Assembly (NCBI GenBank): GCA_976226885.1
Contig: OZ320313.1
Span: forward strand, 164,424,001 to 164,488,000
Direction: 5' to 3'
DNA from: Iphione sp. A-MEVVRFRX5
Taxonomy: Eukaryota
DNA length: 64,000 nucleotides
Shown: piece by piece, positions 1 to 13,100 of the stretch
Position numbering within the stretch: position 1 is the stretch's first letter
Layout: each line of letters opens with the position of its first letter
Made by a program: the position numbers and the translations under genes
The notes under the pieces: generated by a model
Told to the model about the DNA's origin: nothing
The model's input: the letters and a program-made list of their open reading frames with translations, nothing else
Database searches by the model: none

Positions 1-60
1 AATACTGAAGTTATTATTGAAGGTCAATGAGAGCTCACTTGAAATTTTAAATTTACTCAG

Positions 61-544
61 AAGTAAAGAAGAAGTCCAGATTGAAGGATCGGATGAAGAG
101 CGAAGGAGCAGAAGAAAGGAGGAAAGAGGGGAGCAATAATGTAGGAGGCAGGACGAGGCAGAGAGACTGAGATGGGGGGATACGAAGGAATGAAATATGA
201 GGGAGAGAGGGATGGATGGCGGGCCAGAGAGAGAACATGAAGAAGGAAGATTGAAGAGAGAAACAAGAGGAGAGAATGGGGCGAGGTGAAAGAGACGAGG
301 GAAGACTACATAAATACGGAATGGGAGAGTAGAAAAGAAGAAACGGAAAGGAAGAAACGAAGAGGGAAAGTCGAGGGAAGAAGGGAGGGAGAAGAAGTGC
401 AGGAAGGGGCAGGCAGAGGGAGCGAGAGAGAGGAAGAATAAAGAAATAGAGAAAGATGGAGAGGCAAGAAAACTGAGGTAGATGATGACATGGTGACAGG
501 GGAAGACAGAAAAGGAGGAAGGAATAAGGAGTGAAACAAAGGGA
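61..544. repeat. Purine-rich (GA/GGA) low-complexity tract abutting N gap 545-694
   Basis: Almost only A/G. Similar tracts flank the other gaps at 6882-7013, 7527-7658 and 26206-26477. Confidence 0.9.
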
Positions 545-784
545 NNNNNNNNNNNNNNNNNNNNNNNNNNNNNNNNNNNNNNNNNNNNNNNNNNNNNNNN
601 NNNNNNNNNNNNNNNNNNNNNNNNNNNNNNNNNNNNNNNNNNNNNNNNNNNNNNNNNNNNNNNNNNNNNNNNNNNNNNNNNNNNNNNNNNNNNNAGCCAA
701 GAAAAATTCAGCAAATGCTACACTTCCATCTCCATGCACCTGCATCTGCAAAATGCACCTCTGCATGTTGTTCACGTGGCTTAC

Positions 785-925
785 CTCACATTCTGGACAC
801 ACCCACGACGAACATGCCTGGTTAATGTCGAGACACTTGAGGTGAAAGCTGCGGGCACAGAGCTCACACCCAACCTGGGAGCCTTCCTTGTGGCACAACC
901 AGCAGAAGGCGTCTTTCTCCTCTTC
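785..925 (-). CDS. PHD finger exon (C4HC3)
   Basis: C-x2-C...C-x2-C...H-x2-C...W-x-C-x2-C. Acceptor cacag at 926 and donor GAG|gtaagc at 784. Closely resembles the ZMYND8/11 PHD (FxCWxCHxEG...WxCPECE). Confidence 0.9.
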
Positions 926-3219
926 CTGTGTTAACAAAGCTCTGTCATTATCTCTTTTTTTTCGGGGAGCAGGGGTTAAAATACAAAGTAAAACCTCAGT
1001 CGTTATCTCGGTTTCTGGGGAGAGGGGGTTAAATCATAAAGTTAAAGAATTGTCATTATCTTTTTTTTCTGAGGGAAGGGGGTTAAAATACAAAGTTAAA
1101 GCTCAGCCATTATCTTTTTTTCTCTGGACGAGGTGGTTAAAATACAAAGTTAGCTTTCTTCCTAGATGAAGATGATACATTAACATATATGTTTGTTCAG
1201 ATTTACATGTAACGTAAAAGATTTTTTTATGTTAAAGTTACATAGTTTTTTTTCATAAAAGTTACATACAGTGATGAAATGGCAATGTCAATTTTGAACA
1301 AGATACATGCAGTATACGCTGCATATGGAGGTCACACTCCCTCAAATAGTGAGAGTATGAGTATGATGTAACAGTTACTCACTTCAAAGAAATTTGCGTT
1401 TTACCATTAGATTCCCTATAGGCTTCCAAGAGAAGACATTCTTAGGTAATCACTCCCAGACCAGCTCAGACTTCAAAGGCTAAACCCCTCCCCCTCTGAG
1501 AACTGCTGTCGGATGCATATAATGGAGGGCACCCCATCTGCTTAACAGAACCCGGAAATCGCAGATGTGCCCTCCAATGATAACCTATCACTCTAGTTAG
1601 TGACAGCAAGTGGTGGGAAAATCCTGGAATCGATTTTTTTTACAGGAATACAGTGCACGGGCGGTATCTTGCACTTACTTCTTTCAATTAAGTCGATTTG
1701 GTCAAGAACATAGGTGTATGACATAAGGCAATAAGGGAAATAATGGTGGTACATGTAATGTTCTTGTATGTTTGCTAAGGATATGACTCAAGGCCAAAAA
1801 AAAAAAGAAAAAAGGACCATGTTTTAAAAAAATAGACAGACAGACAGAGATACTGCACCTGCCCATCATCATCACGTATGACGAGGCGCCGCCTGGTGGA
1901 GGCAGGGAGAGGCTCACGCGTCTCCTCCTGTTGTGACGCTGTTGAACCTGTACTTGTGCTCGGCGGGCGCCGTGGGCGCATGCGCATGCCGGCAGACTTG
2001 ACCTGCTCACTGTCCCCTGGTGACTCTTCCTGTGTCACTGGCTGGCGGGAACGCCATATGACGTATGACTCTGGGGGAAAACACCATGGGAAAATACCCC
2101 GTACAAAACCAGCGAGGAATGCATGTTGACATTTCTTCTATTGGCGGGTCTCAATGTTCCAATAAAGCTATAAAGCTTCCATGATATATCATAAAACTTT
2201 CCGTGATAACTGACTGGTATGGATCTGACACAACTAACCATAAGTACTGACTCCTAAGTGTGTCCCATATAAATACGGCCTCACATATATTCTGAATTCA
2301 GGCAAAGCAAATTCGCTCAAACCCTCTGGTATTTACTGAGTTACTCCATCGTAAATTGCTCACACCATCTGCTCAGTGAAAGAATGCCAAAGTACTACAT
2401 GTCTATATCGGCACTCAGTGAGTTGACCCACACACCTTTTATGGCGCCTATCAGTACTATACAAAACACCTACGCTATACACATACACAAAGAATTATAT
2501 TTTGTATACATGTACATGTACTTAATTTACAGCTGTCATAACAAATGAGGTCACAACCTATGCATTTACTATATACAATGTACATAAATGCTGTCCATTT
2601 ACATGCACGAAAACAACCATCCTAATATATCAGATTTAAAGTTAAACATATGATCACACGAATAACAAAAGTTAATCTTTACACCGAATGGTTGTGCATT
2701 CATCATGGTATATTTCCCTTTCAGTTTCGAGTTAATCTTCACACCAATTGATTATGCATTCATCATGGTATATTTCCCTTTCAGTTTCGAATTAATCTTC
2801 ACACCAACTGATTGTGCATTCATCATGGTATAGTTTCCCTTTCAGTTTCGAGTTAATCTTCACACCGACTGATTGTACATTTATCATGGTATGTTTCGCT
2901 TCCAGTTCTTAATAAGACCGTGTTTTCATGACATGAGATGGTGCCTCACCTGGTTCTTGGTCTAGAATCTCCTCGTCAGAAAGGGCATCTGGCAGTACCC
3001 GCTTCTTCCGTTTACGCCCCGAACTCCGCGGCACGACATCTGATGCCTGTTTGACCTTCGGTGAGGCTGGCACCTTGGGTGTTTGTGGACCAGATGCTGA
3101 CATGGAGCTGTTGGAATCCTCGTTTCCTGCCTCCAGCACTGGAGACTGTGTCGGAGCCGGTGGTGGGGTGGGCTCTGGATCAGGAGCCTTTGGTTCCTTG
3201 ATGGGCGAGTCCTCTTCAG
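785..3219 (-). CDS. Spliced exons of a ZMYND8/ZMYND11-like PHD-finger chromatin reader (gene runs off the left edge)
   Basis: Exons 3219-2950 (phase 1>1, EEDSPIKEPK...GRKRKKR...), 2037-1859 (1>0) and 925-785 (0>0) each have AG/GT ends and join in one open frame. The last encodes DAFCWLCHKEGSQVGCELCARSFHLKCL...WVCPECE. Confidence 0.75.
945..1155. repeat. Degenerate ~54-bp tandem repeat, 4 copies
   Basis: Recurrent ttatctttttt...ggggttaaaatacaaagttaaa units. Confidence 0.8.
2671..2908. repeat. 60-bp tandem repeat, 4 copies
   Basis: gttaatcttcacacc..tgattgtgcattcatcatggtatatttccctttcagtttcga at 2671, 2731, 2791 and 2852, head-to-tail with no spacers. Confidence 0.95.
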
Positions 3220-3766
3220 CTACAAGTGAACAGGGACTGTTTAGAAAAATCTACGATCTTATCCACACTAAGATGTTCAGAATATACATCTAACTATCTT
3301 GGAAGAAAGGAGGATCAAACATATCGACAGCAAGATCCGTCACTATCCCTGCTTTGTTAAATGCATCAAAACACATATTCTTGTCCGCTTGGAGACGAGC
3401 AGAATTCCTAGGAAATATATACGTATATGTCCCCATTAGCTAGTAAGACAGAGTAAACAACGTCCTCTGAATCCATCAGTCACAAGCTTTAATGGTTTCT
3501 TAGATAAAAGACACTGGTAATATAGAATTTGTAAATCTACCACACCTTAATCTAGGCAAGGTTAAAAGCAGGCTGCAACGAAGGAGTATCCAACCGCTAG
3601 GTGACAGGCAGATGAGATCACACCATGGTGCTATTTATCGGTAATCGTCATTGGGGCCACCACAAAGGGGTAAAACCAACATCAGGCAAATGCGAACTAC
3701 ATGACTTTACGACTACTAGCCGTTGATTTTTGTTACCTAGCTGTTGGACCCACCCAGAAATATGCC

Positions 3767-3798
<32 letters not shown>

Positions 3799-4679
3799 GG
3801 GGGGGGGGGGGTATCTACACCTCACTATTCAGCCGTCTGATTACTCCACACATATTATTTTGCAACAGAATGGATTCTTTTAATATCAAAACCTTTCACT
3901 ATTCTAGGTAACACCTTGCTATTGAAGGGAGAGTCATTTGCTCACAAAGAGTGTTGCAACAACGAGGAGGGATTACTCTTGAAATCTTAACCCAGTGATC
4001 AGTAGACTGACGGTCGCATAGGGGGAAGTGGCATTATAACTGGCCGAGCACGCATATCCTAGTCACATTCTGTTCGGAACGTCATTTTGACGTTGTTTAC
4101 ACACGTGACTCCGACAGCTCAGTCATCTGTCTCCGCAAGTAAAAGTTGTGTCCTTCCTACCTGTTTCGCTGAGTGTTTCCTAAGTATATGCGATCGGTCA
4201 AGTGATTGTAATGTAAAAGTGCATCTGTTCAATCAAGCGACAGTGCTAGCCATAAAAGTGTGGCTGTTCGCACATCAATTGTTTAAAACTCCGTGGACTG
4301 GGGGGGGGGGGGGAAAGAGCACTTCAACCAGGTTTTGTTGGAAAAGAAGACTTCCACTAGTGAACAGAACCCGGGCGTGGGCAGAAAAATTACTGGCTGG
4401 AAATCTGCGTGATGGAAAATCTCTTCCTTAAAAAATAAATTTGGACGGTCTGTGACGCCATTTCATCAACCTCCTTACCAGCTGCTAGGTGCCCCGCTAG
4501 GTGCTTCCTGCATGAGACTCAAAAGCCTGATCTCTAAATGTTCCTGAATTTTCCGAAATCCAAACACTTTGCCTTGCAACGAATCGTTTGCCACTCTACG
4601 TAGCTACTCATATAGCCGAAATATGCAATTTCCGAATCCGAATGCTCTTATTTTGTAAAAAAAAAAAAAAAAAAAAGGC

Positions 4680-4910
4680 ATTAAAATAATACTCAAAAAC
4701 TGAATGCTCATGTATTCACGTACTGGCTGCTGTTCGCCGCTCTCCAACCAGTTCGTTATGAATCAAAGGGATAGGTGCTCATTGGTTTAGTTAAAATACA
4801 TTGAAATTTCACTCAAAAACCGAATGCTCAAGTTCCTCATTGAAGATTTCGCTGCTCTCCCACCAGTTCATTATGTATCAAAGGGATAGCTACTCATTGA
4901 AGAGTACGCC
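4680..4910. repeat. Diverged ~115-bp tandem duplication
   Basis: actcaaaaac(t/c)gaatgctca...ccagttc.ttatg.atcaaagggatag..ctcatt occurs twice. Confidence 0.7.
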
Positions 4911-5299
4911 ACTATTCAAAATCCAAAATATCCGAAATCCGAATAATCTTAGCTGAAACGGCGCTCATTCGGTTTTTGAACATCCTCTGTACTCTTCATT
5001 AGGTTCTGGCTGAATTAAGGGGTTGTGTAACTGTAGGCAGGCTTTTTTCCTTATCAATTTCACTGCCAATAACCTTTTATTTAGGTCCCTGCTGTCTCTG
5101 AGAGGCATGTGGAAATCCATTCTTGTGACATTGAGGAAACCAGAGTCCGTCTTCCGGCTGTCCCTGCCCTGAATGTATTTCAGCGGCAACCCACTGCAAC
5201 AGCTTCAAAGATGCTGCAGCTCGAGGGTTGTACAGTTTGGCGGTGTTTAATGCTTTTATAGATGAGTGATTCTCTTCGCCCAGTGAGGAAAACCTGACC

Positions 5300-5690
5300 G
5301 TCCAACAGGTAAATCTGACAGATGCTAACAACAGAGTCCCCTTTCTTGCTCACAATGTCTTCCGTTCCTATGGATAGGCCTACACTTCCCATCCTATTGC
5401 TGGCAACAGTTTACGTGGAGAAAATTTCTCAGACATTGTGCCATGCAATTCTCCGTATCTTCAGGAAAAAGTAAACTAGTTTTTTTTGTCCACTGAGTGC
5501 CAGCGTATATCAAGACAGTCTGCCCTGCATTCCAGGGTGGAACGTTTTTGGGAACTGGCTATACAAAATCAGGATGCACTCATCTTTCCTAAAGATACTG
5601 TTCGACGTGATTTCACGCAGCAGCACCACCAACTTAAATGTGAGATTCCTCCGAGACAACAACAGGTGGTGTCCACTCCTATACTGCATT
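5300..5690 (-). mobile_element. Decayed DIRS-type tyrosine recombinase relic
   Basis: Minus-strand frames read LSRRNLTFKLVVLL...PKTFHPG and FPEDTENCMAQCLRNFL...LSIGT, matching the motif order of DIRS YR; interrupted by stops and frameshifts. Confidence 0.45.
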
Positions 5691-5920
5691 CAACATGAGC
5701 ATCCCAAGTTTCTGTAAATTAGGCTCTCATGGGAATACATGTACTGTTGATAAGGCTAGAATCAAAATGATCCCAATATATGAAAAATGCCAAGTGAAGT
5801 GCATACATGTTTATAGTAAAGGCATGAGTGGTACATGCCAATTCAACTGTGCAAGGAACAGTGTTAAGTTAATGGGACCAGAAGGTCAACCTTTAACCCT
5901 TTGCTTAGAGGGTTTTCCCT

Positions 5921-5995
5921 TTGGCTCAGATGGTTAAGTGTTGGTCTCTCTGGTCTCTCATGCTAAAAGTCTGGGGTTCAATTCTTGGTAGGTGC
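5921..5995 (+). mobile_element. tRNA-derived SINE head
   Basis: A box TGGCTCAGATGG (5922-5933) and B box GGTTCAATTC (5975-5984); no complete cloverleaf. Confidence 0.6.
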
Positions 5996-5999
5996 TAGC

Positions 6000-6700
6000 T
6001 CTCCAAAGACAGGAAGAGTCTTTGTAAATAAAAAGATTTCTTAGTAAAACGTAGATTTCTATGATTCCTATATGTATCAATAATGCAGAGTAAAGGGCTT
6101 AGCATGCCACATACTCTATGTGGCACAATGTATAATGAAGGTAGGTAATGTGAAAGTGTCATACTTGACGAAGAAGTGTTGTTCTGGGACTGATGTTTCC
6201 CATGGATTAAATTAGCTTTCCAACTTAGCCTAACACATACATTAGAAGCCAGTCCCTCTAAGGATATCAGTATCACTAAGGTATTCAACTTCTGACTTTT
6301 CCAAAACTACCACCAAGGAGAATGAGACGGGAATTAAAATACACTAATTCATACTTCGTGCAAAACACTGAAAATCTCTTTCTCCTCGAGGCAGGGTGGC
6401 AGCAAGGTAATCAACTTGAAGCAAATGAAAGTAAAAATGACTAAATGACTAAAAATAGTATGAATGTTACAAATGGCATGTTTCCACCAACGATATACCA
6501 GGGTACTGAGTGATGAATATCCTCGGGCAGCACCATAGTATGATCTCCTCTGCGAGGCACGTAGTAGTTGGTACGGGCGTTAATCTTTGTTCGGACATCA
6601 GAGATGACCAAACAAGAGCAATGAAATATGACTTGGATCTCTAGGGAATAGTCTTGAAAGAACAATAACGGCAAAACATACTTAATGTCACTGAGGTAAA
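6000..6700 (-). mobile_element. Possible highly decayed LINE RT remnant
   Basis: Fragments YGAARGYSSLSTLVY (GVPQGS-like) and LSWKANLI (thumb-like) only; weak. Confidence 0.3.
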
Positions 6701-8176
6701 AACGGTCGAAAGTTTGCAGTGGCAGTATGTGTGAGGTACATCAAGGAGGTATGGTTCTGGTCAGGAAATAAATTTACACTCTCCCCCTCTCTCTGTGTCT
6801 CTCTCCCTCCTCTGTCCCTTTCTCTTTCTCGCTTTCTCTCACCTCTCTCTTGTTCTCTCCCTCTTCCTCATCCCTTCCTCTNNNNNNNNNNNNNNNNNNN
6901 NNNNNNNNNNNNNNNNNNNNNNNNNNNNNNNNNNNNNNNNNNNNNNNNNNNNNNNNNNNNNNNNNNNNNNNNNNNNNNNNNNNNNNNNNNNNNNNNNNNN
7001 NNNNNNNNNNNNNACTAACAAAGCTTATAGTTTTTACTCAGATAAGGCGCACACTATCCTTTCACTATCAATGCAATGCTAAGGCTACTCTTTGCCCAAT
7101 GCAATTACACGAGGTACACGATCATACTGGTTTAAACCAAGGTATCACATATTTCTTGTAACGCTGTTGTAAAAAAAAGTTATTGGTAACTAGCTCTTCG
7201 TCAGAAGTGATGCATATACAATTTTCAATTCATCGCTAGGTCGGGGAGGAAGCGATACAGTGTAAATGTCTGAGAATTGGAGGACCTTTGTTCGACTCAA
7301 GAAAAGATGGGGTAAGAAGCGAGACAGGATAGGTTCCACTGTCCAGGGCACGAGAGAGACAGACTGACAGACAGAGAGAGACAAAAACATAGATGCAGAA
7401 TTTTGCTTCTGAGTGGAGACAATGAGAGAGTAATAGAGAGAGTAATAGAGAGAATGAGAGCATGAGAAAGAGAGAGGGTGAGAAAAAGAGAGGGTGAAAA
7501 AAAGAGAGGAAGAGAAAGATTGAAAGNNNNNNNNNNNNNNNNNNNNNNNNNNNNNNNNNNNNNNNNNNNNNNNNNNNNNNNNNNNNNNNNNNNNNNNNNN
7601 NNNNNNNNNNNNNNNNNNNNNNNNNNNNNNNNNNNNNNNNNNNNNNNNNNNNNNNNNNAGAAAATAGAGCGACAGCACAAAGACATAGTTGTGTGTTTGT
7701 ATGCGACTGTTAAATCGTCTGACATTATTGGTGACTGATGTAAAAGGCGGACAATGCCAGGAGTTTTGAATGTGCACTGCTCAGCAGTTGGATGGCGTAA
7801 TCGCACGCCACAGAAACATATATGGGCTCTCTTATATGGTATTCAAAGATTGGAAGTTTATCCTGAATGTCTCATTTTCTATGATGAGATGTGCTATTGC
7901 TGAAAAGATGACGGGAAAAGAGTGAAATTTATTAGTATGTGGAAAGATACACAAAATGCTGACTCGCCCATAGAGACCCGGAGAATTTCTCTCTATATGC
8001 ACTATGATTTCATATAAATTAATTACTTCTTAGCTGCTGAAGACCCTTTGTCAACAAAAAGAAATCACACTAGGATTGCAAGCCTCTGATACCAGCATCC
8101 TGACAACAATTATGCACCGTCTACAGTACCCTGACCCTGACCTGTAAATGCACCATAGTAATTAACGAATAGCCAG

Positions 8177-8300
8177 ACACTGTTACTACAGATGATTTTT
8201 TTTACTATTTGTGACATCATAATAGAGGTTCCAACAATCAGCTTTCTGTATTTCGACACATTGTCCTAAGTAATGCGAAACACAAGTGTAGTAACAGTGT
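8177..8300. mobile_element. ~125-bp MITE-like element with 14-bp TIR (acactgttactaca); related copies at 29455-29580 and ~10185-10290
   Basis: Inverted ends at 8177-8190 and 8287-8300. The internal ttttactatttgtgacatcataat core is shared by the three loci. Confidence 0.65.
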
Positions 8301-8509
8301 TCTGATTTGCCTAGTGATCCCCTCATTGATGCCATCGCTATCACAGTGACAGAGTGCAGTATAATCATCCTCTAACCTCCTAATGAATGGGTTGGACTGC
8401 ATGGTGGTCTCCACCAAACCTGAATCTCAGCTGACTTAACACATGGAGACAAAGAAAATGGAGCCCTCCAAGGAGCTGAATGCAAACAGTGAGGAGCAGT
8501 TGGTGACAT

Positions 8510-9125
8510 CAACCACCCTGTTCCCCTCCCACTAAAGCCTGTAAATCATCGACCAAACCCCCCCTCCCTGCCCACCATGTTATCCTCCCACTAAGGCCTG
8601 TCAATCATGAACCAACCCACCCCTTCCCCTGACCACCTTGTTATCTTCCCACTAAGGCCTGTCAATCATGAATCAACCCACCCCTTCCCCTGTCTACCTT
8701 GTTATCTTCCCACTAAGGCCTGTCAGTCATCAACCAAATCCCCCTCCCCCACCAACGGTGTTCCCCTCCCATATAGGTCTGTCAGTCATCAACCAACCCC
8801 CCTCCCCCTCCCCTGCCCACCATGTTCCCTCTCCCACCTACAATGTTCCTCTCCCACTAAGGCCTGTCAGTCATCAACCAAAGCTCCCTTCCCCTGCCTG
8901 CCCACCAGGTTCCCCACCCACTAACGCCTGTCAGTCATCAACCAACCCCTCCCTCCCCCACTCACCATGTTCCCTTCCCACTAAGGCCTGTTAGTCATCA
9001 ACCAACCCCCCCCCACCCTCCCCCGCCCACCATGTTCTCCTCCCACTAAGGCCTATCCGGCATTAACCAACCCCCCATTCCCCGCCCACCATGTTCCCCT
9101 CCCACTAAGGCCTGTCAGTCTTCAA
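8510..9125. repeat. C-rich ~65-70-bp minisatellite, about 9 copies
   Basis: cccactaaggcctgtcagtcatcaaccaacccc...cccaccatgttcccct recurs head-to-tail. Confidence 0.95.
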
Positions 9126-11291
9126 CCAGCCCATATATAACAGGATAAGAATAACATCTCGGGCTTCCAAGCACTGACAGAGACTCAAGCATGTGCAACA
9201 GTTGGCGTCAACCCCAAATGATTTAGGCCTGACCTCAATTGAATCCATTTTTATATACATCTCAGTAAGCAAAGAAGCCAGATAAGGAATAAATGGTTAG
9301 CATGACTATTAACTAGGATGGGGGGGGGGGGCTTGACTACAGCAGTCTCTCATGGAGACACCTATTAAACTGTAGCATAAATTTATAAGGATGAAGGAAT
9401 ACATGAGTAAACAGGGTATGCAACAGGAGAATGAAGCTTGGTAAGACTGTTGCTCCTGACCCGGACTGGCACTCTCATATATACAGAACTGCTATGGTCT
9501 AGCCATACAAAACTGTCAGATAGTGTTAATAATGTATGGTGTCTCTAAATGAGCGTTGATATACATGAGTGAGAAAAGGTGTTCAGGAAACTTATGAAGC
9601 ATAACTGTACTACTGGTGGGGGAAGGTATCTACATGAAGAGAGTAAAGACCTGTATGAGTGAACAGGGGGTTCCAACATGCAAACGTGATGGTAGGAGTG
9701 TTGGCTGAAAAATAGTATGTTGATGAAGAATTATGTAATAAACACAAGTACATGAAGTGTGGCATACAAGCAAAGGAACGAATTCAATGATGAAAAAGTT
9801 GAACATTTGACACCAATTGCAGATGAAGATCACTTTGGCCCAGTAAAGATGTTGTCTATAGACAGTTATTAGATAAACAAATAAAATTAGGTAAGTCTGA
9901 ATTTCTATGCACCTTTGTACATTTGCGTTTGTGGTGCACCGTCAAAAGAGAGACTCGTCGTTTCTTTGATTAGTGCCATCTCAAATCAGAGAACCAAGAG
10001 TGAAGGAGCACATCCAGTTTAAATCATCATGTACACAGGCACATAACCTACATGTATACACAAACTTGTCCCTCAACTGGTTATTGGGGAGGATGCAGAA
10101 GAGGCCAAGGTGGTTCGGGATGGGAGGGGGAGTGGAACTAATTAGCTGATCACCAGCAGTTGACGAAACAGGTACTGCCAATATGTTTTTTATCGTTTGT
10201 GACATCATAATCGGAATCAACCAATCAGATTGCAGTATTTAATTTGTGGCAATGTTTTTTTGGTAAACATATACGTAGTAACGGCGTGTCTGTCAGTGTG
10301 GCAATTGGCTCACTGGCAATGAACTGAACAGAACTATCCAACTGTTTGGTTAGTCCTTATTAGAGCCCAACTGTGTACATTAAACCACACAACAGGGGTT
10401 TGTAAAGGCTGCTCACCCTTTGATGCCTCCTCGCTAATAGTTGGTCTGTTAAGCGATTCACCTATAGTTAAGACCCCATTCAAAACTAGACTGTGGTGAA
10501 GACCAAACCATGCAATAGAGAAAATTTGGTCCGAACACAGCAGTATTTCCTATGTGGACAAGAATGTTGACCTACGAGGTCTATTGTCCCCTGCTGTCAA
10601 GTGCCCCTTTGATGCTTGATTGCACTCCATGGGATTCTCCCCTTCCACCCAATTACCTTTAGGATACTTGAATTACTACCAAAATTACCCCCATGGGATG
10701 GGTCCATATATACATAAATATCATATATCAAAAGCAGTTCATTTGACTAAAGAGTTTTAGAGTTATAAGATTCATAAGAGTGTGATGAAAGGTCGGACAG
10801 TCAGCCCCCTCTCTATGAGGCAGAAAAGATACACACGAAAATCCAAACAACAGGGGAGACCAATCCATGGGAGGGACTAAGATTTTTTAGTCTCAAATGA
10901 CCGGTTTCAGTCAGAAAAAGCAACTAAGGACCTCCAAAGTCACACATAGGCTAGGTGAGACCGAAGTGTGACCCAGCTTTGGGTAGATGAAAGGTTGGTA
11001 AGACCTGGCTCAATATTACACAGAAGTCAGCTAGGGCGACCAAACCATGGGAAAGACCAAGACCAACCAGTCCCTAGCTTGGTCATGCCCAAAGGTCTCG
11101 ACTGTATAAGAAAACAGGTAAAATAAACTTAAAAGAATGCTGTCGCTTTGTCTGCATCAATGCCCACTGTACTCCATTGTGTAACTGAATCAACACACCT
11201 ACAAATCCCTTGATTGCAGTGCATTAATGCATACTGAGCAACAAAGTATTAAACAAATTTTTTTTAAACTTGTTTTGAACAAAATAGGCAA

Positions 11292-11640
11292 AAAAGGAAA
11301 TGAGGATATCAAGATGATGTAATGCCTATTGTACGGCGCAGGCGCCCTGCCCATACACCTGTGACTTGTCTTTCTCCTGCAAAGATAAATAACCTAATCA
11401 GCACCAGTCCAAGGTTCTCATTCAGCACCAATGCTCAGTGGAAAGTCAGAGCTGCATCATTTCATGAACCAAAATGAAATGAGTATATAAAAAATGATAT
11501 AATGCCTATTGTATGGTGCAGACGCCCTGCCCATACACCTGGGACATGTCCTTTGCCTGCAAAAGCAAATGACCTAATCAGCACAGGTCCATGATTCTCA
11601 TTCAGCAGTGGAAAGGCAGAGCTGCTTCATTTCATAAAAG
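11292..11640. repeat. 180-bp tandem duplication (each copy holds a candidate 18-nt microexon)
   Basis: aatgcctattgta.gg.gcag.cgccctgcccatacacctg at 180-bp spacing (11341 vs 11521). Confidence 0.9.
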
Positions 11641-11814
11641 CTTTTTCTTTATAGCACAGAACAGCATCACTAGTAACTGATTTTCGGCTGGTCTGCATTG
11701 GGTTGCTATATGATTTTTTAGTTTTAGAGTCTATTTCTACATAGAAATTAGGATCTTTTCAGTTGTGTACAAAGAGTGGGTGGAATAATATCATATGTAC
11801 ATAACCAAGATGGC

Positions 11815-11890
11815 TGACTGTGGTGGCGCCACTGGGCTGTATCTCAGGGAGACACCTAGTGTCCTATGCTGGTACTAAAGTAAATAATGT
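11815..11890 (+). mobile_element. Short dispersed repeat (probable SINE body); copies at ~23735-23790 and ~40495-40570
   Basis: gtggtggcgccactgggctgtatctcagggagacacc.agtg...gtactaaagtaaa is shared by three loci. Confidence 0.6.
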
Positions 11891-13100
11891 CTTTACCATG
11901 GGTAAGGGGACAGACACTAAAATACCAACTCAACTGGAAAACCACAAGAACTACAAAGAAATAAAATTAACTAGTTAAACGAATTTACGAAGTTTTACTA
12001 TAATTAATCTAGTTATATAGGTGATGTCATATCAGGGGATGAGCCATGCATGTTCTTGTCACTATTTGTAAGGTTCTGTGCCAGGACACAGGCCCTAAGT
12101 TCAGGGTTGTGAAGGAAGACTAGGCCTATGAAAATGTGGCCTCAGGCTTCTTTGGCAGGGCTCTTAATATGACGTATACCACGTTATATACCACACATAT
12201 TTGTATACCGTGTCTGTATCCCAACACCTGGACACTTGATTGACTCTCAAAGTGAGGTTCACAAAGCCCGAGTAGCCCCAAGGCTGAGGAGGGAAAAGGG
12301 CAACATCCCCATCCTCCTAGGAAAGAGAATGCAAGTCCCAGGTTCAAGGAACAGGTTCTGAACAGCATGACATCCACTTTACTTTCCATTTCATTCACTA
12401 CAGTATGCCATGAAAATGGAGCAAGCAATGAACAGAGGTAAGTGAAAGAGGAGGAGAGGGACAGGGAAGACGACATAAGGGAAGAAAGAAATCCTGAAGG
12501 AAGCTAAAAGGGACGAAGACGGAGAGAAAAGAGACATGTACATGTATGTACATAGCAGGAAGGGGAAACAATGGGTGAGAGCAGGGAAAGGGGAGAAGAG
12601 AAGGGAAATAGTGAGAGAGATAGTGAGAGCAATTTTATACAACACAATGAGCAGAAACAGATGAAAGATGAGAGCCTCGGAACTACAGAAATACAGTAAA
12701 CAGAATATTGAAACACTAACTGGTAAACAGTACACCACAGAACGCTTGTACAATAATTAATTATTGTAGAAATGTTGGATGTTTTCATCTGCTTGTCCAG
12801 ACCACCGGCACGGTTTCACATATGGTGTGCCAGTGTTCACAATTACACCAGGAGTCACTACAGATATACATATATGCCTGGCACCCGATATTAATGATAA
12901 AAAAACATAATTCCAGGTGTATATAGCGTGAAGTTACAATGGTGCAGTAACGAGTTCAGTGAGGGGTGTCCAGGCTACATAATCAGACTCCTTTATATGC
13001 TCGACAAGCACACAGAACATGAAAAGCACTGCAGGTCCAGTTAAAAGATCGACGGTAACAGAAAGGGGTTCAATTTACAGCAAATAATGTTGTCGCTTAC

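Noticed and set aside
53-937. 294-aa ORF
   Set aside because: It reads through an N gap and a purine tract; only 785-925 is a real exon.
2671-2908. CRISPR-like array (also considered for the 8.5, 37.3 and 38.7 kb repeats)
   Set aside because: The units are contiguous with no unique spacers, there are no cas genes, and the context is eukaryotic.
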